From a virus (Duplodnaviria > Caudoviricetes), in IMG/VR virus record IMGVR_UViG_3300034104_003596, positions 1-27,151 of that record: a stretch of 27,151 nucleotides of DNA. The stretch is one strand, 5' to 3'. Numbering within the stretch: the stretch's first letter is position 1; each line of letters opens with the position of its first letter. Under the pieces are notes generated by a model, which had not been told where the DNA came from, searched no databases, and saw only the letters and a list, made by a program, of their open reading frames with translations. Positions 17,421 to 25,644 of this stretch are shown one piece after another. Position numbers and translations under genes: made by a program.

Positions 17421-18210
17421 ACAAAGCGCCGATGCTTAGTGGGGTCGGTACAGATTCCCCACATGCCTGACAAGCCTTGCTCACCTCCGAAAGGCGAGGA
17501 CCCGGGTTGCGGGTACTGATATCGGAGACAAGTTTTTCTCTATCTGAAATGCTTAGTTTTAGCGCAGTATTTGGCTTAGCGGGAATCCCGTTAATAGCGT
17601 TAATAGCTGCAGATAACAACATAGTTGTTATTTCTGAAGAAGTCGTTGACTCAGGGGACTCTGTAATACGGCGTTGAGTCTTACCTGTAGGTAAAGATAC
17701 ATTTGCAACGTCGCCATTTTTTAGCGTAACGTTCCAAGTTCTATCTCTAATAGGGTCTTCAAGCGTTACGTATCGAACGTCTTCTTTTAAATTAATTGGA
17801 AGTATTTGGTCACGAGAACATTTTGGACAAGTAGCAGCGTACTCAATGTCCTCGCCAAAAGTTAAACACCTAATCCCAATCAAGATACTGTCTCGGTCTC
17901 CCGATAGTAGCTTGTCAAAATCTTCGGGTTCTGGCTCATAGTCACCAATGCTGACAGTTCCTCTAACTAACAACGCAGTTAAAGCCTTTGACCCAGTAGA
18001 TGATTTAGCAATAACTTCTTCATCCTCTCCTGTTAATTCTCGGACTTCTGCGGTTGTCAATAGCTCACCATCTGCAGTGATAAACCCACCAGGTAGTTCT
18101 ACAAGGGGGTTTGACGGAACCACAGTTTCTACTATTTTTTGTGGTTCCGCCATCGCCGCTTGTGCAATACGGTTGAGTTCGTCTTGATTTACAATTTGTT
18201 CTGTTGTCAC
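17410..18210 (-). CDS. Tail assembly chaperone (gpG-like position) with two CxxC motifs
   Basis: Between the tube and tape measure genes. Contains EVRELTGEDEE and LLSGDRD.IL..IR..TFG motifs, plus CPKC and CQAC. GTG start with AAAGGAG SD. Confidence 0.8.
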   Translation of the reverse strand: MTTEQIVNQDELNRIAQAAMAEPQKIVETVVPSNPLVELPGGFITADGELLTTAEVRELTGEDEEVIAKSSTGSKALTALLVRGTVSIGDYEPEPEDFDKLLSGDRDSILIGIRCLTFGEDIEYAATCPKCSRDQILPINLKEDVRYVTLEDPIRDRTWNVTLKNGDVANVSLPTGKTQRRITESPESTTSSEITTMLLSAAINAINGIPAKPNTALKLSISDREKLVSDISTRNPGPRLSEVSKACQACGESVPTPLSIGALFRF

Positions 18211-18234
18211 GATAAGTGCTCCTTTAGTTAAGTG

Positions 18235-18840
18235 TTATCCCTTTGGACCTGTTGATACAGGCTTGCGGGTTGTAGTTGCTGTGGTTGGGTCAACGTGGAA
18301 TACAGTCAAACCTTCGTGGACAAGTGTCATTGTTTCGAAAAGCAATGAGTTATCTCCAGCGTTAAGGTCTGTAAATGCAAGCTGGTTAATCCACGCGTTA
18401 TGAAGTTTGAAGCCCATTTTAGCAGTTGCAATATCTGATGGGTTTGTGTCGGGATGGTCCATTACATAGATGATTACATCGCAACGGAAATCCTTACCAG
18501 TTGTTGAAAGCCCATCTCCAGCTGCTGCTGCAAAAAGACCACGCATCCATTCAATAGCATTGTCGCTACCAAATAGGGCGCCGTGCTGCATTGCAACTGG
18601 CTGAAAGTTAGTCATACCAGGAATCTGGTGCGTGGTGGTGTTGTATCCACCCTCACGATATTGAATGTTTTGGGTTGTAATTGACAAGCCAGAGATTGTA
18701 TTAAAACCTCCGCTAAACCCAAGGATTTTGTCCGTGAATACGGAACCGTTGTTTGATGACGTTAGGAACTCTGCTTGAAACCGAAACCCGCGTAATGGGT
18801 CGGTAGCATGGGTTGACCAACGTTCTATTTTTTTAGGCAT
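18235..18840 (-). CDS. Tail tube protein (T4 gp19-like)
   Basis: DPLRGFRF, GGF..ISGL, IQYREGG, PG...F..V, LHNAW and E.MTLVHEG motifs. Directly follows the sheath gene. Confidence 0.92.
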   Translation of the reverse strand: MPKKIERWSTHATDPLRGFRFQAEFLTSSNNGSVFTDKILGFSGGFNTISGLSITTQNIQYREGGYNTTTHQIPGMTNFQPVAMQHGALFGSDNAIEWMRGLFAAAAGDGLSTTGKDFRCDVIIYVMDHPDTNPSDIATAKMGFKLHNAWINQLAFTDLNAGDNSLLFETMTLVHEGLTVFHVDPTTATTTRKPVSTGPKG

Positions 18841-18854
18841 TTTTATTTATCTCC

Positions 18855-20618
18855 TTAGGCTGTCACAGTAACGGTGGCTCCACCGTCAAACTGACCGATT
18901 TTGATTACAACGAATTCAGCTGGACGCTGTAGAGCCACGCCAACTTCGATGATTACTTTACCCTCGTCAATTACGGACAGAGTGTTTAGTTCTCCGTCGC
19001 ACTTAACAAAGAATGCGCTTCCTGGAGTATCTCCACGAAGTCCGCCTTGTGTCCAAAAGTCTGTTAGGAAAGACGAGACGGTTGCGTTAAGGCTACGCCA
19101 TAGGACAGCGTCGTTAGGCTCAAAGACTGCATATTGAGTAAGGTCTGTAAGAGCTTTACGAAGGTAAATAAGCGTACGACGAACTGGTACGTAACGGTCT
19201 ACATAACCAGCTTTAGTTGTGCGAGAGCCCATAACAACAAAACCAGAACCTGGAATATAACGAATAGGGTTAACTGGAACTGCTGCAGAGTTTAGTGCGT
19301 CAAGCTCTGCGTTTGTAAGAGGCTCTACTGCAACAACATCTGCTAAACGAGCAGATAGTCCTGCAGGTGCTTTAAAGACTCCTCGAGAAGAGTCTGTTGT
19401 AGCAAATAGTCCAGCGATTGCTCCGCCAGGATGCGCTAATGTTCTAGCTCCTGATGTTGAAACCGTTGGGTCACCAATAGTAACGTGTGGGTAGTACACC
19501 GCGCCAAGAGAGGTTGGTGTGTAGGTTAATGAAAGCGCTAACTGTTGAGCGGCGCTTAGAGGTGTTCGTGTAGGGTTTGGAGTCATAACATAACCTGGGT
19601 CAATAATTACAAATACGTCGTCACGTGACTCTGCATAACTAAGCAAAGATGCAACATCTGTGTTTGTAAAAACTCCAGGAGCGTTTAGAACAAGTGAGTT
19701 TAATACAGTGTCAAATGCAGAAACTGCTCCAACAATATTTGTTGAAGTTGGTGATGTTCCAATTGAACCTCCAACTAGTTGTTGAATTGAAACGTTAGAT
19801 GGTTCGGCGGTTGTTGCTATTGAAGATGCAACAACATAATTTGAACGAGAGTTAATGAAGTTAATTGCGTATCGAGAGTCTGTTGGATTTGTAAAAGTAA
19901 CGTCTGTAAATGTTTCCACAACAGTTTCAATATCTGGATAAGCAATAACTACATCTTTACGGGATGAAACAGCAGATGCAACAATTGTTACAAATATGCT
20001 ATTTCCCCATTGACCTGGGTTTTTAGCAGTAAGGGAAGCAATTGGGGCTTGACGAGTCCAAGTTGCTGTTGAGGTTGAGCCAGTAGCAGTACTTGCAACT
20101 GCAAAGCTAACTCCTGCAGAAATTGCAGTAATTACAGCAGAGGTTAAGTTGTAGGCTGCGGTTGAAGCTCCCGTAATTGTTACAACATCGCCAACTGCAA
20201 GGCCTGTTGTGCTTGATGTACTAAAGGTCACAGTTCCTGATGAAGCAGCAATTGCTGTAATGCTTCCTGTTGTACTACTTGGTGCTGTGAATGTACGTGC
20301 AGAAGAGACTGGTGTTCCAGCAGTTACTCGCTTGATATAGCAATTTGCTCCGCCGTTATCAAAAAACAATTTAACAGCAGTTGAAAGCAAGTTGTTATTA
20401 GTTGTTGCATCAACGCCGTCATTTAACTTAGTTACTGTGTTCCAGGTTCCGTACTTAGAAGCGTAGTCGCTCCAAGAGGTAACAAGGGTTGGTGCAATAG
20501 GGCCACGGTCAGATGCGCCAATAAACGCAGCAACAGTTGTTGAGTTTGGCCCTACGGATGGAGCTAATGCGTTGAGGGATTCCTCAACATACACTCCAGG
20601 ACGAAGGTAAGTTGTCAT
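18855..20618 (-). CDS. Contractile tail sheath protein
   Basis: YLRPGVYVEE, AAFIGASDRGP, FFDNGG, RGVFKAPAG, YVPVRR, VFEPND and PAEFVVIKI motifs. Confidence 0.96.
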   Translation of the reverse strand: MTTYLRPGVYVEESLNALAPSVGPNSTTVAAFIGASDRGPIAPTLVTSWSDYASKYGTWNTVTKLNDGVDATTNNNLLSTAVKLFFDNGGANCYIKRVTAGTPVSSARTFTAPSSTTGSITAIAASSGTVTFSTSSTTGLAVGDVVTITGASTAAYNLTSAVITAISAGVSFAVASTATGSTSTATWTRQAPIASLTAKNPGQWGNSIFVTIVASAVSSRKDVVIAYPDIETVVETFTDVTFTNPTDSRYAINFINSRSNYVVASSIATTAEPSNVSIQQLVGGSIGTSPTSTNIVGAVSAFDTVLNSLVLNAPGVFTNTDVASLLSYAESRDDVFVIIDPGYVMTPNPTRTPLSAAQQLALSLTYTPTSLGAVYYPHVTIGDPTVSTSGARTLAHPGGAIAGLFATTDSSRGVFKAPAGLSARLADVVAVEPLTNAELDALNSAAVPVNPIRYIPGSGFVVMGSRTTKAGYVDRYVPVRRTLIYLRKALTDLTQYAVFEPNDAVLWRSLNATVSSFLTDFWTQGGLRGDTPGSAFFVKCDGELNTLSVIDEGKVIIEVGVALQRPAEFVVIKIGQFDGGATVTVTA

Positions 20619-20657
20619 TTGTATATCTCCTTAGGTTGTTTGAGTGTGTGCCGAATG

Positions 20658-21287
20658 TTAAACAGGTCGTTTGTCAGATGGGATGTAGGTTAGTGGTGCT
20701 GGGTTTATATTTACTTGCTGTACAAGCTTGGTTGCCTGTTCCGCGTCATAATGGGTTAGTTCACTCACAACACGTACAATAAAGATATTGTGAAGTAGGC
20801 GCCTTCCCTCCTCAACGGTGTCTCTTTTTAGAAACTCGTCAAGAAACATGTGGCGATAGGTTGTCTCAACACCTGAGTCGCTAAGAATTCCAAGCTTTCC
20901 GTACTTGCTTGGTAAACGTCGTTGGATTAACTGAGTCATAAGTGCTCTGTCATGACGTGGGTGACGAGCAAAAGTACTAATTTGATAAACTAAATCGTAA
21001 GTCATAGGGTATTCGTAGCTGTAAACAGTGCTGTTATTCCCCACGACTGTACCTGCTTTGTCCCTGTCGTATATAACACCTGACATTTGACGCTCTGGAG
21101 CAAGGCGAATATCCATCAAGTCAATAGTTATAAACGGAAATTTTTGTTCTCTGAGCTCTACGTCAGGGGTTCCAAACCACACTTGTACTGGGCGAGGGGT
21201 AGATGTTCCGCCCGCTTTTTCATCAGTGACTGTAAGTCCGCTTAGTAGGGCTTTAAGCGCGGCGTCTTCCGCAAGAATAAAACTCAT
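20658..21287 (-). CDS. Probable tail terminator / tail completion protein
   Basis: Immediately upstream of the sheath gene. Contains FPFITIDL and YP..YDLVYQI.T..RHPRHDR patterns. ATGA-coupled to the upstream gene. Confidence 0.6.
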   Translation of the reverse strand: MSFILAEDAALKALLSGLTVTDEKAGGTSTPRPVQVWFGTPDVELREQKFPFITIDLMDIRLAPERQMSGVIYDRDKAGTVVGNNSTVYSYEYPMTYDLVYQISTFARHPRHDRALMTQLIQRRLPSKYGKLGILSDSGVETTYRHMFLDEFLKRDTVEEGRRLLHNIFIVRVVSELTHYDAEQATKLVQQVNINPAPLTYIPSDKRPV

Positions 21288-21604
21288 CCGGGTACCCCCC
21301 TGGTTAGCATAAAGTCAACTGTAATGTCAGACAAGGCTCCAGAGATTTCATTGTCAATCATTTCTTCTACCTTTTTAATAAAATGAGAGGGGGACTTGCC
21401 CAAGGTTCCGTACTCTAAGTCTTTTACTTGTTTGTCAAGGTCTGTAGGCCACACAACTTCAATGTACTCAGGAGTTACGTTAAGGGTTACCTTGTCACGA
21501 ACATTAGAGGGCCACCCAGAAAGCGGGAGCATTAAATCAAACTTTTTACGCACAACAGGTTCTGCTTTAGTTACAGCAGCTTTAAAATCTAACGGGTGCG
21601 CCAT
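21284..21604 (-). CDS. Putative neck / head-tail joining protein (106 aa)
   Basis: Contains an LEYGT...P motif like HK97-gp10-type neck proteins. Start moved to the ATG at 21602-21604, which has a GAGG SD and lies 1 nt after the stop of the upstream small ORF. Confidence 0.55.
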   Translation of the reverse strand: MAHPLDFKAAVTKAEPVVRKKFDLMLPLSGWPSNVRDKVTLNVTPEYIEVVWPTDLDKQVKDLEYGTLGKSPSHFIKKVEEMIDNEISGALSDITVDFMLTRGVPG

Positions 21605-21605
21605 A

Positions 21606-21782
21606 TTAGCGACCTCGGATAAAACGCGACGCAAGAATTGCGTTAGCGGCGTCTAAAAACCCCTTAATATTGCTATCTACTTTATTGGATGCCCCAGGGA
21701 TGTTTTGCACAATAACAGTATAAAACTGATTGGCCTGGGCCTTATCAACCTTTTGAGGGCTGAGAGGTTGGAAATTAGACAT
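21606..21782 (-). CDS. Small hypothetical protein (58 aa); not in the ORF track
   Basis: AAGGAG SD at 21790-21795, then MSNFQPLSPQKVDKAQANQFYTVIVQNIPGASNKVDSNIKGFLDAANAILASRFIRGR*. It abuts the next gene. Confidence 0.75.
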   Translation of the reverse strand: MSNFQPLSPQKVDKAQANQFYTVIVQNIPGASNKVDSNIKGFLDAANAILASRFIRGR

Positions 21783-21860
21783 ACTAATTCTCCTTAAAAT
21801 AAACGCAGAACTACTAGCAAGGGTGGAGCTTTAATTCCCGCATGGAATCTCCCCAATGGT

Positions 21861-21888
21861 AAAGCAAAAGGCCCCCTTTCGGGGGCCT
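21861..21888 (-). terminator. Rho-independent terminator
   Basis: Minus strand AGGCCCCC-GAAA-GGGGGCCT-TTTGCTTT: an 8-bp stem, GNRA loop and U-rich tail, 5 nt after a stop codon. Confidence 0.9.
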
Positions 21889-21893
21889 AAGCT

Positions 21894-22067
21894 CTACTTC
21901 TTTTTAATCTTTTTTACAATCTTCTTATCCATTTTAGTGTCTTCTTCTTGGGACTTAGGCTTCTTATGCTTCTTGTCCATAGATTCAAACTTCTTCTTTT
22001 GGTCCTTATCCAGGCCCTTAGTGGTTTTGGCGTCTTGCTTCTTATCGGACTTCGCTGTGTATTTCAT
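21894..22067 (-). CDS. Lys/Asp-rich micro-protein (57 aa); not in the ORF track
   Basis: MKYTAKSDKKQDAKTTKGLDKDQKKKFESMDKKHKKPKSQEEDTKMDKKIVKKIKKK*. TAATG overlap with the upstream ORF; followed by the terminator. Confidence 0.8.
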   Translation of the reverse strand: MKYTAKSDKKQDAKTTKGLDKDQKKKFESMDKKHKKPKSQEEDTKMDKKIVKKIKKK

Positions 22068-22201
22068 TACTTCTTCTTACCCATCTTCTTAGGGGCAGAT
22101 TTGCTTTTTGCGTTTTTCTTATCAAACTTCTTGTTAGCGTCTTTTAAAGACTTCATGCCATGCTTATTCTTTGGGTCTCCACAGCCACAGGTAGCGCACA
22201 T
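22067..22201 (-). CDS. Lys-rich micro-protein with N-terminal CxxCGC motif (44 aa); not in the ORF track
   Basis: MCATCGCGDPKNKHGMKSLKDANKKFDKKNAKSKSAPKKMGKKK*. TAATG overlaps on both sides. Confidence 0.8.
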   Translation of the reverse strand: MCATCGCGDPKNKHGMKSLKDANKKFDKKNAKSKSAPKKMGKKK

Positions 22202-22350
22202 TACTTTTTACCAGCCTTCTTTGTAGTAGGTTTTGCAACTTTCTTCTTTCCAGAACCTGCGGGGACGCAGTTCGGAACCTTTTTGCCGTCCTTCATCTTC
22301 ATACCTACTTGAACGTAGCCATCCCAACAAGGGTTTGCATCTTTAGCCAT
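22201..22350 (-). CDS. Lys-rich micro-protein with CW-x-GY...VPNCV motif (49 aa); not in the ORF track
   Basis: AGGAG SD, then MAKDANPCWDGYVQVGMKMKDGKKVPNCVPAGSGKKKVAKPTTKKAGKK*. Confidence 0.82.
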   Translation of the reverse strand: MAKDANPCWDGYVQVGMKMKDGKKVPNCVPAGSGKKKVAKPTTKKAGKK

Positions 22351-22358
22351 TATTACTC

Positions 22359-22892
22359 CTAAGCTTGTGCGTACGCCAAGAACTGAGCATCATTGACAAG
22401 CTCGTCTGGCATTAATTGTATCAAATCTAGCGAAATAATTGTATGGCGTTCGGCTATCTGCCCGTGTTGTTGGGTGCGAACTGGGCGGTATACCTGGCCT
22501 TGCCAAACAAGGCGGTACTTGTTGGCTATGTCTAGGCTGGTCTTAACCTCTCCTCTGGCATTAAACAGGGTTGGGCTAGCTAGCCTTAGGTCATCAATAT
22601 TGAGGGTAATATGCAAAGAGTCGGCGTTGTAGAAACCGCGGTCATTTATGGCTGAAGTTCCCTGGGTTATCTTTGCGCTAATAATCTTAAGAGTAACTGG
22701 GCCAGTCCAGACACGACCAGCACCTAGAGGTTCTACATCGTAAATAGGGTCTTTAACTGAAGCCGCAGCGTTATAGGCCCACCATTGTCCAGTAGTACCC
22801 TTAGGATTAGTTGAGTCGGCGGTTATGCCGTCGGCAATTTCATTTAGCTCAAAATCTGTGCTAAATCTTCCGCCTGGTGTGTATGCTCTCAT
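22359..22892 (-). CDS. Putative head closure / head-tail adaptor protein (177 aa)
   Basis: Beta-rich protein with YRLVWQGQVYRP, resembling head-closure proteins, upstream of the neck and terminator genes. Start moved to the ATG at 22890-22892 (ATGA overlap with the glycosyltransferase stop). Confidence 0.55.
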   Translation of the reverse strand: MRAYTPGGRFSTDFELNEIADGITADSTNPKGTTGQWWAYNAAASVKDPIYDVEPLGAGRVWTGPVTLKIISAKITQGTSAINDRGFYNADSLHITLNIDDLRLASPTLFNARGEVKTSLDIANKYRLVWQGQVYRPVRTQQHGQIAERHTIISLDLIQLMPDELVNDAQFLAYAQA

Positions 22893-23542
22893 TTTTCTAT
22901 TATAGGGGCAAAGCACGGTAATTCATTGTAAGCGATGTACTTCCCATAGTAATTTACCTCAAAATTATCGTAAAAAGCCGACTTAAAATCTTTTGAATGC
23001 AGGGCACCGTAAAAGTCGTTACAAGCCGTGTCACTCGTAGAAGCTTGCTCAACAAAACGCGTTAATGGACAAGGCCACTTATCTAACTCCCCAGCTAAAT
23101 AGTGTTTATCTTTCAATTTTTTTATAATTATTTCAAGATTTTTTGAGTTCTTACCTACAACATAATTACAGTTATTATAATAAAGTGGACCTGATTGACT
23201 AGTTGCTAAAAGGTCGTGGTCACACTGTAAGGTATCAAGCATGTAGTCTAGGGGAACTTGACATACCGAGTCCATATCTGCGTACGCTCCACCATATTTA
23301 TAGGTTACTAAGTATCTCCATATATCTGCTTGGGTTACAAAATTTAACTTTTTATAATGAGTATATAGTACAGGGTCTTCCGTTTTTACAAACTCTTCCC
23401 TATCTATATGATTAACGTACCTGTACTCCCAGGTTGGATTTAAATTTATCCAGGTCTGTGTTACTTGCTTTAAATGTTTTGGCAACTCTTCATACAGGTA
23501 GTTATGTGTTTGCCAAATTATTTTAGGAATATCTTTAGGCAT
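22889..23542 (-). CDS. Glycosyltransferase, GT32 / Och1-like (DXD sugar-binding family)
   Basis: IPKIIWQT, W..LNP.WEY and QADIWRYLV.YKYGGAYADMD (DXD). Confidence 0.9.
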   Translation of the reverse strand: MPKDIPKIIWQTHNYLYEELPKHLKQVTQTWINLNPTWEYRYVNHIDREEFVKTEDPVLYTHYKKLNFVTQADIWRYLVTYKYGGAYADMDSVCQVPLDYMLDTLQCDHDLLATSQSGPLYYNNCNYVVGKNSKNLEIIIKKLKDKHYLAGELDKWPCPLTRFVEQASTSDTACNDFYGALHSKDFKSAFYDNFEVNYYGKYIAYNELPCFAPIIEK

Positions 23543-23548
23543 ACAAGG

Positions 23549-24214
23549 TTAGTACTTACTACTATTTATATGACAAAGCTCAATTTCATTTATATTAACG
23601 TGACTTGGTAGCGACCCCACCCAGTAAATAGCTTCTGCTAAATCCTCTGCGGTTAAGGCTTGGTCTCGTTTTTGTTCTTGAGTATCAATAGTTGCTGGAC
23701 AAATTTCTGTAATTTTAATTCCAAATTGAGGAAATTCAAGTCTCATCGTTTCAATTAACCCGCGCTCACCCCTTTTGGCGTTTGTGTAGTTTCCTCCACC
23801 GCGATACGGCACCTTACCTCCAAAAGAGGTAATAAAAACAATTGTTGGGGAGTCTGACTTTTCCATACAGGGTACAAATAGTTGAGAAAGATACATAGGC
23901 CCAGATACGTTTATATCGTAGGCTCGTCTAAAGTTATCCATGGTTTCATTAATAATGTTAGTTGGGCCAGAACCACCACCAGCGTTATTAACCAAAAGGT
24001 CTAAAGTAATATCTTTATACTTTTCAAAAAAGCCCTCTATTGCTTTGGAGTCTGTTACATCTAGGCTGTATACCTCAACGTTGTCAGATACAAGCTTAGA
24101 TACTTTGGAAAGGTCTCTTGAAACAGCAATAACCTTGTATCCGTTTTCGGATAGACGCTTGACTGTTGCTAGGCCTACGCCCTTACTTGCTCCAGTAACA
24201 ATTGCTGTTTTCAA
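23549..24214 (-). CDS. Short-chain dehydrogenase/reductase (YdfG-like)
   Basis: TGASKGVG, LDVT, LLVNNAG, catalytic S and YTNAK, and a C-terminal L..ED.AEAI.W...LP.HVNI segment typical of the YdfG subgroup. TTG start. Confidence 0.92.
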   Translation of the reverse strand: MKTAIVTGASKGVGLATVKRLSENGYKVIAVSRDLSKVSKLVSDNVEVYSLDVTDSKAIEGFFEKYKDITLDLLVNNAGGGSGPTNIINETMDNFRRAYDINVSGPMYLSQLFVPCMEKSDSPTIVFITSFGGKVPYRGGGNYTNAKRGERGLIETMRLEFPQFGIKITEICPATIDTQEQKRDQALTAEDLAEAIYWVGSLPSHVNINEIELCHINSSKY

Positions 24215-24970
24215 CTACATACCCTGGTTCTTATTAAGCTCCATGTTGTTATGAATCCAGTGACCAGGAATCATGTATTTAAACCCAGACTTTACAGTGT
24301 GTGCTGTATGGAAATATGGTGGAAATGCTGGAAATATGACAACGCTATTTGCTTTTGGTTTTAGCCCAAAATCAATTGCCTTATTTGCAACAGACACGTC
24401 ATAGTCTAAATCTACAGCTGGAGCTGACCCTTTAGAAAAACCATCAGCGCTAGTCCATCCTCCATCATAATCTTTTAACTGAAAAGAGATTTCGCCGCCT
24501 TCACAGTCATCGTTTAAGTACATTACTAATGAATATCTTAAAGTTTTATCCCCGTCTAGCTGGTCAAAATGTGCGCCCATGCCCATTCCAGTATTGTATT
24601 TCTTTATGTTAAAAGTTGGAAAAAGACGTGGCTCATCAAAATCGCCCAAAGAAGAGGCGTAATCTTTGCAAACATTGTACATTGTGGTCATAATAGCGTT
24701 GTAAATATATTTACTTTTTTCCGCTACTTCGGCTGAATGCGGAGAAAAGATTGGACTAAGCCGATGTATTGCATCAATATCAAAAGTCTTTGTTTCTCCA
24801 TAGATAAAAGAGGCATCGTTAGAAGAAGTCCAAGGGTTCCAAACATTTACCCCAGAATCTGGATATTGCTCAAGAGTGTCTAGCTCTTTCCAAACCTTTT
24901 TAAAGGTATCAAAGTCCTCAATAGCATCCGTATAGTAGTACGCTTTTGGGTCTAGTATTTCTCTATTCAT
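24215..24970 (-). CDS. 2OG-Fe(II) oxygenase, prolyl-4-hydroxylase-like
   Basis: KKY..G..MGAHFD, SLVMYLNDD.EGGE, KP..NSVVIFP and FHTAHTVKSGFKY (HxD...H triad with Lys as the 2OG-binding residue). Confidence 0.9.
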   Translation of the reverse strand: MNREILDPKAYYYTDAIEDFDTFKKVWKELDTLEQYPDSGVNVWNPWTSSNDASFIYGETKTFDIDAIHRLSPIFSPHSAEVAEKSKYIYNAIMTTMYNVCKDYASSLGDFDEPRLFPTFNIKKYNTGMGMGAHFDQLDGDKTLRYSLVMYLNDDCEGGEISFQLKDYDGGWTSADGFSKGSAPAVDLDYDVSVANKAIDFGLKPKANSVVIFPAFPPYFHTAHTVKSGFKYMIPGHWIHNNMELNKNQGM

Positions 24971-24981
24971 TTGTATACTCC

Positions 24982-25644
24982 TTAGTACTTATTTTTTTCG
25001 TAGTGATTTTTTTCTTTAATGAATCCCACTGTAACATACCTAATAGGGCCATCTCCTACATGTCTTACTCCATGCTCATACTCTTCAGTGCCTGGAAAAA
25101 TAAGTAAAGTTTTTGGTTTTGGTTTTATGTCTGATTGCTCTTTATTTTTAAAAAACAAAGTTCCATCTTTATAATCGTCATTAAGATATAGTATGGCGGC
25201 ATATCTTATAGATGGGTCTGTAGTTTGGTCTGTGTGAGCCTTTAGTTCAACACCACTTTGCATTCTTTGCAGCGTTCCAAATCCAGCAAGCTCTAAGGTA
25301 GGGTCTGCAAGTTGAACCAGGTTGTTAAGTCTGTCTTGAATAGTTCTGCTTATTGGCTCATTAACCATCCTTAAGTTTTTATCTTCCCAGCCCGCAGTTA
25401 TTTCAAACTTTCCTTCAGCAACAAGGTTGTCTACGTCTTCCCTTCCAAATTTTTCCATACAAAATAGAGCAAGGTTTCTTGTATATTCTACTGACCACTC
25501 TTCGTTAGGGGTGGTTTCAATTATTTTTAAAATTGTTTGCAGTTCTTCGTCGTCTAGAAAATTATCTACTGACAGAACACCCTCGTGTAAAACTTCAACA
25601 ATATATCCGTTATTTTCAAACTCTTTTTTTAAAAAGATGCTCAT
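24982..25644 (-). CDS. 2OG-Fe(II) oxygenase, prolyl-4-hydroxylase-like
   Basis: LKAHTD, AAILYLNDDYKDG.L.F, KP...LLIFP and EHGV..V..GPIRY. Confidence 0.9.
   Translation of the reverse strand: MSIFLKKEFENNGYIVEVLHEGVLSVDNFLDDEELQTILKIIETTPNEEWSVEYTRNLALFCMEKFGREDVDNLVAEGKFEITAGWEDKNLRMVNEPISRTIQDRLNNLVQLADPTLELAGFGTLQRMQSGVELKAHTDQTTDPSIRYAAILYLNDDYKDGTLFFKNKEQSDIKPKPKTLLIFPGTEEYEHGVRHVGDGPIRYVTVGFIKEKNHYEKNKY

Noticed and set aside
8907-21287. Stand-alone eCIS, tailocin or T6SS locus
   Set aside because: Head-joining-like genes, a frameshifting chaperone and a linked replication module point to a phage. No Afp15-type ATPase or T6SS membrane complex genes are present.
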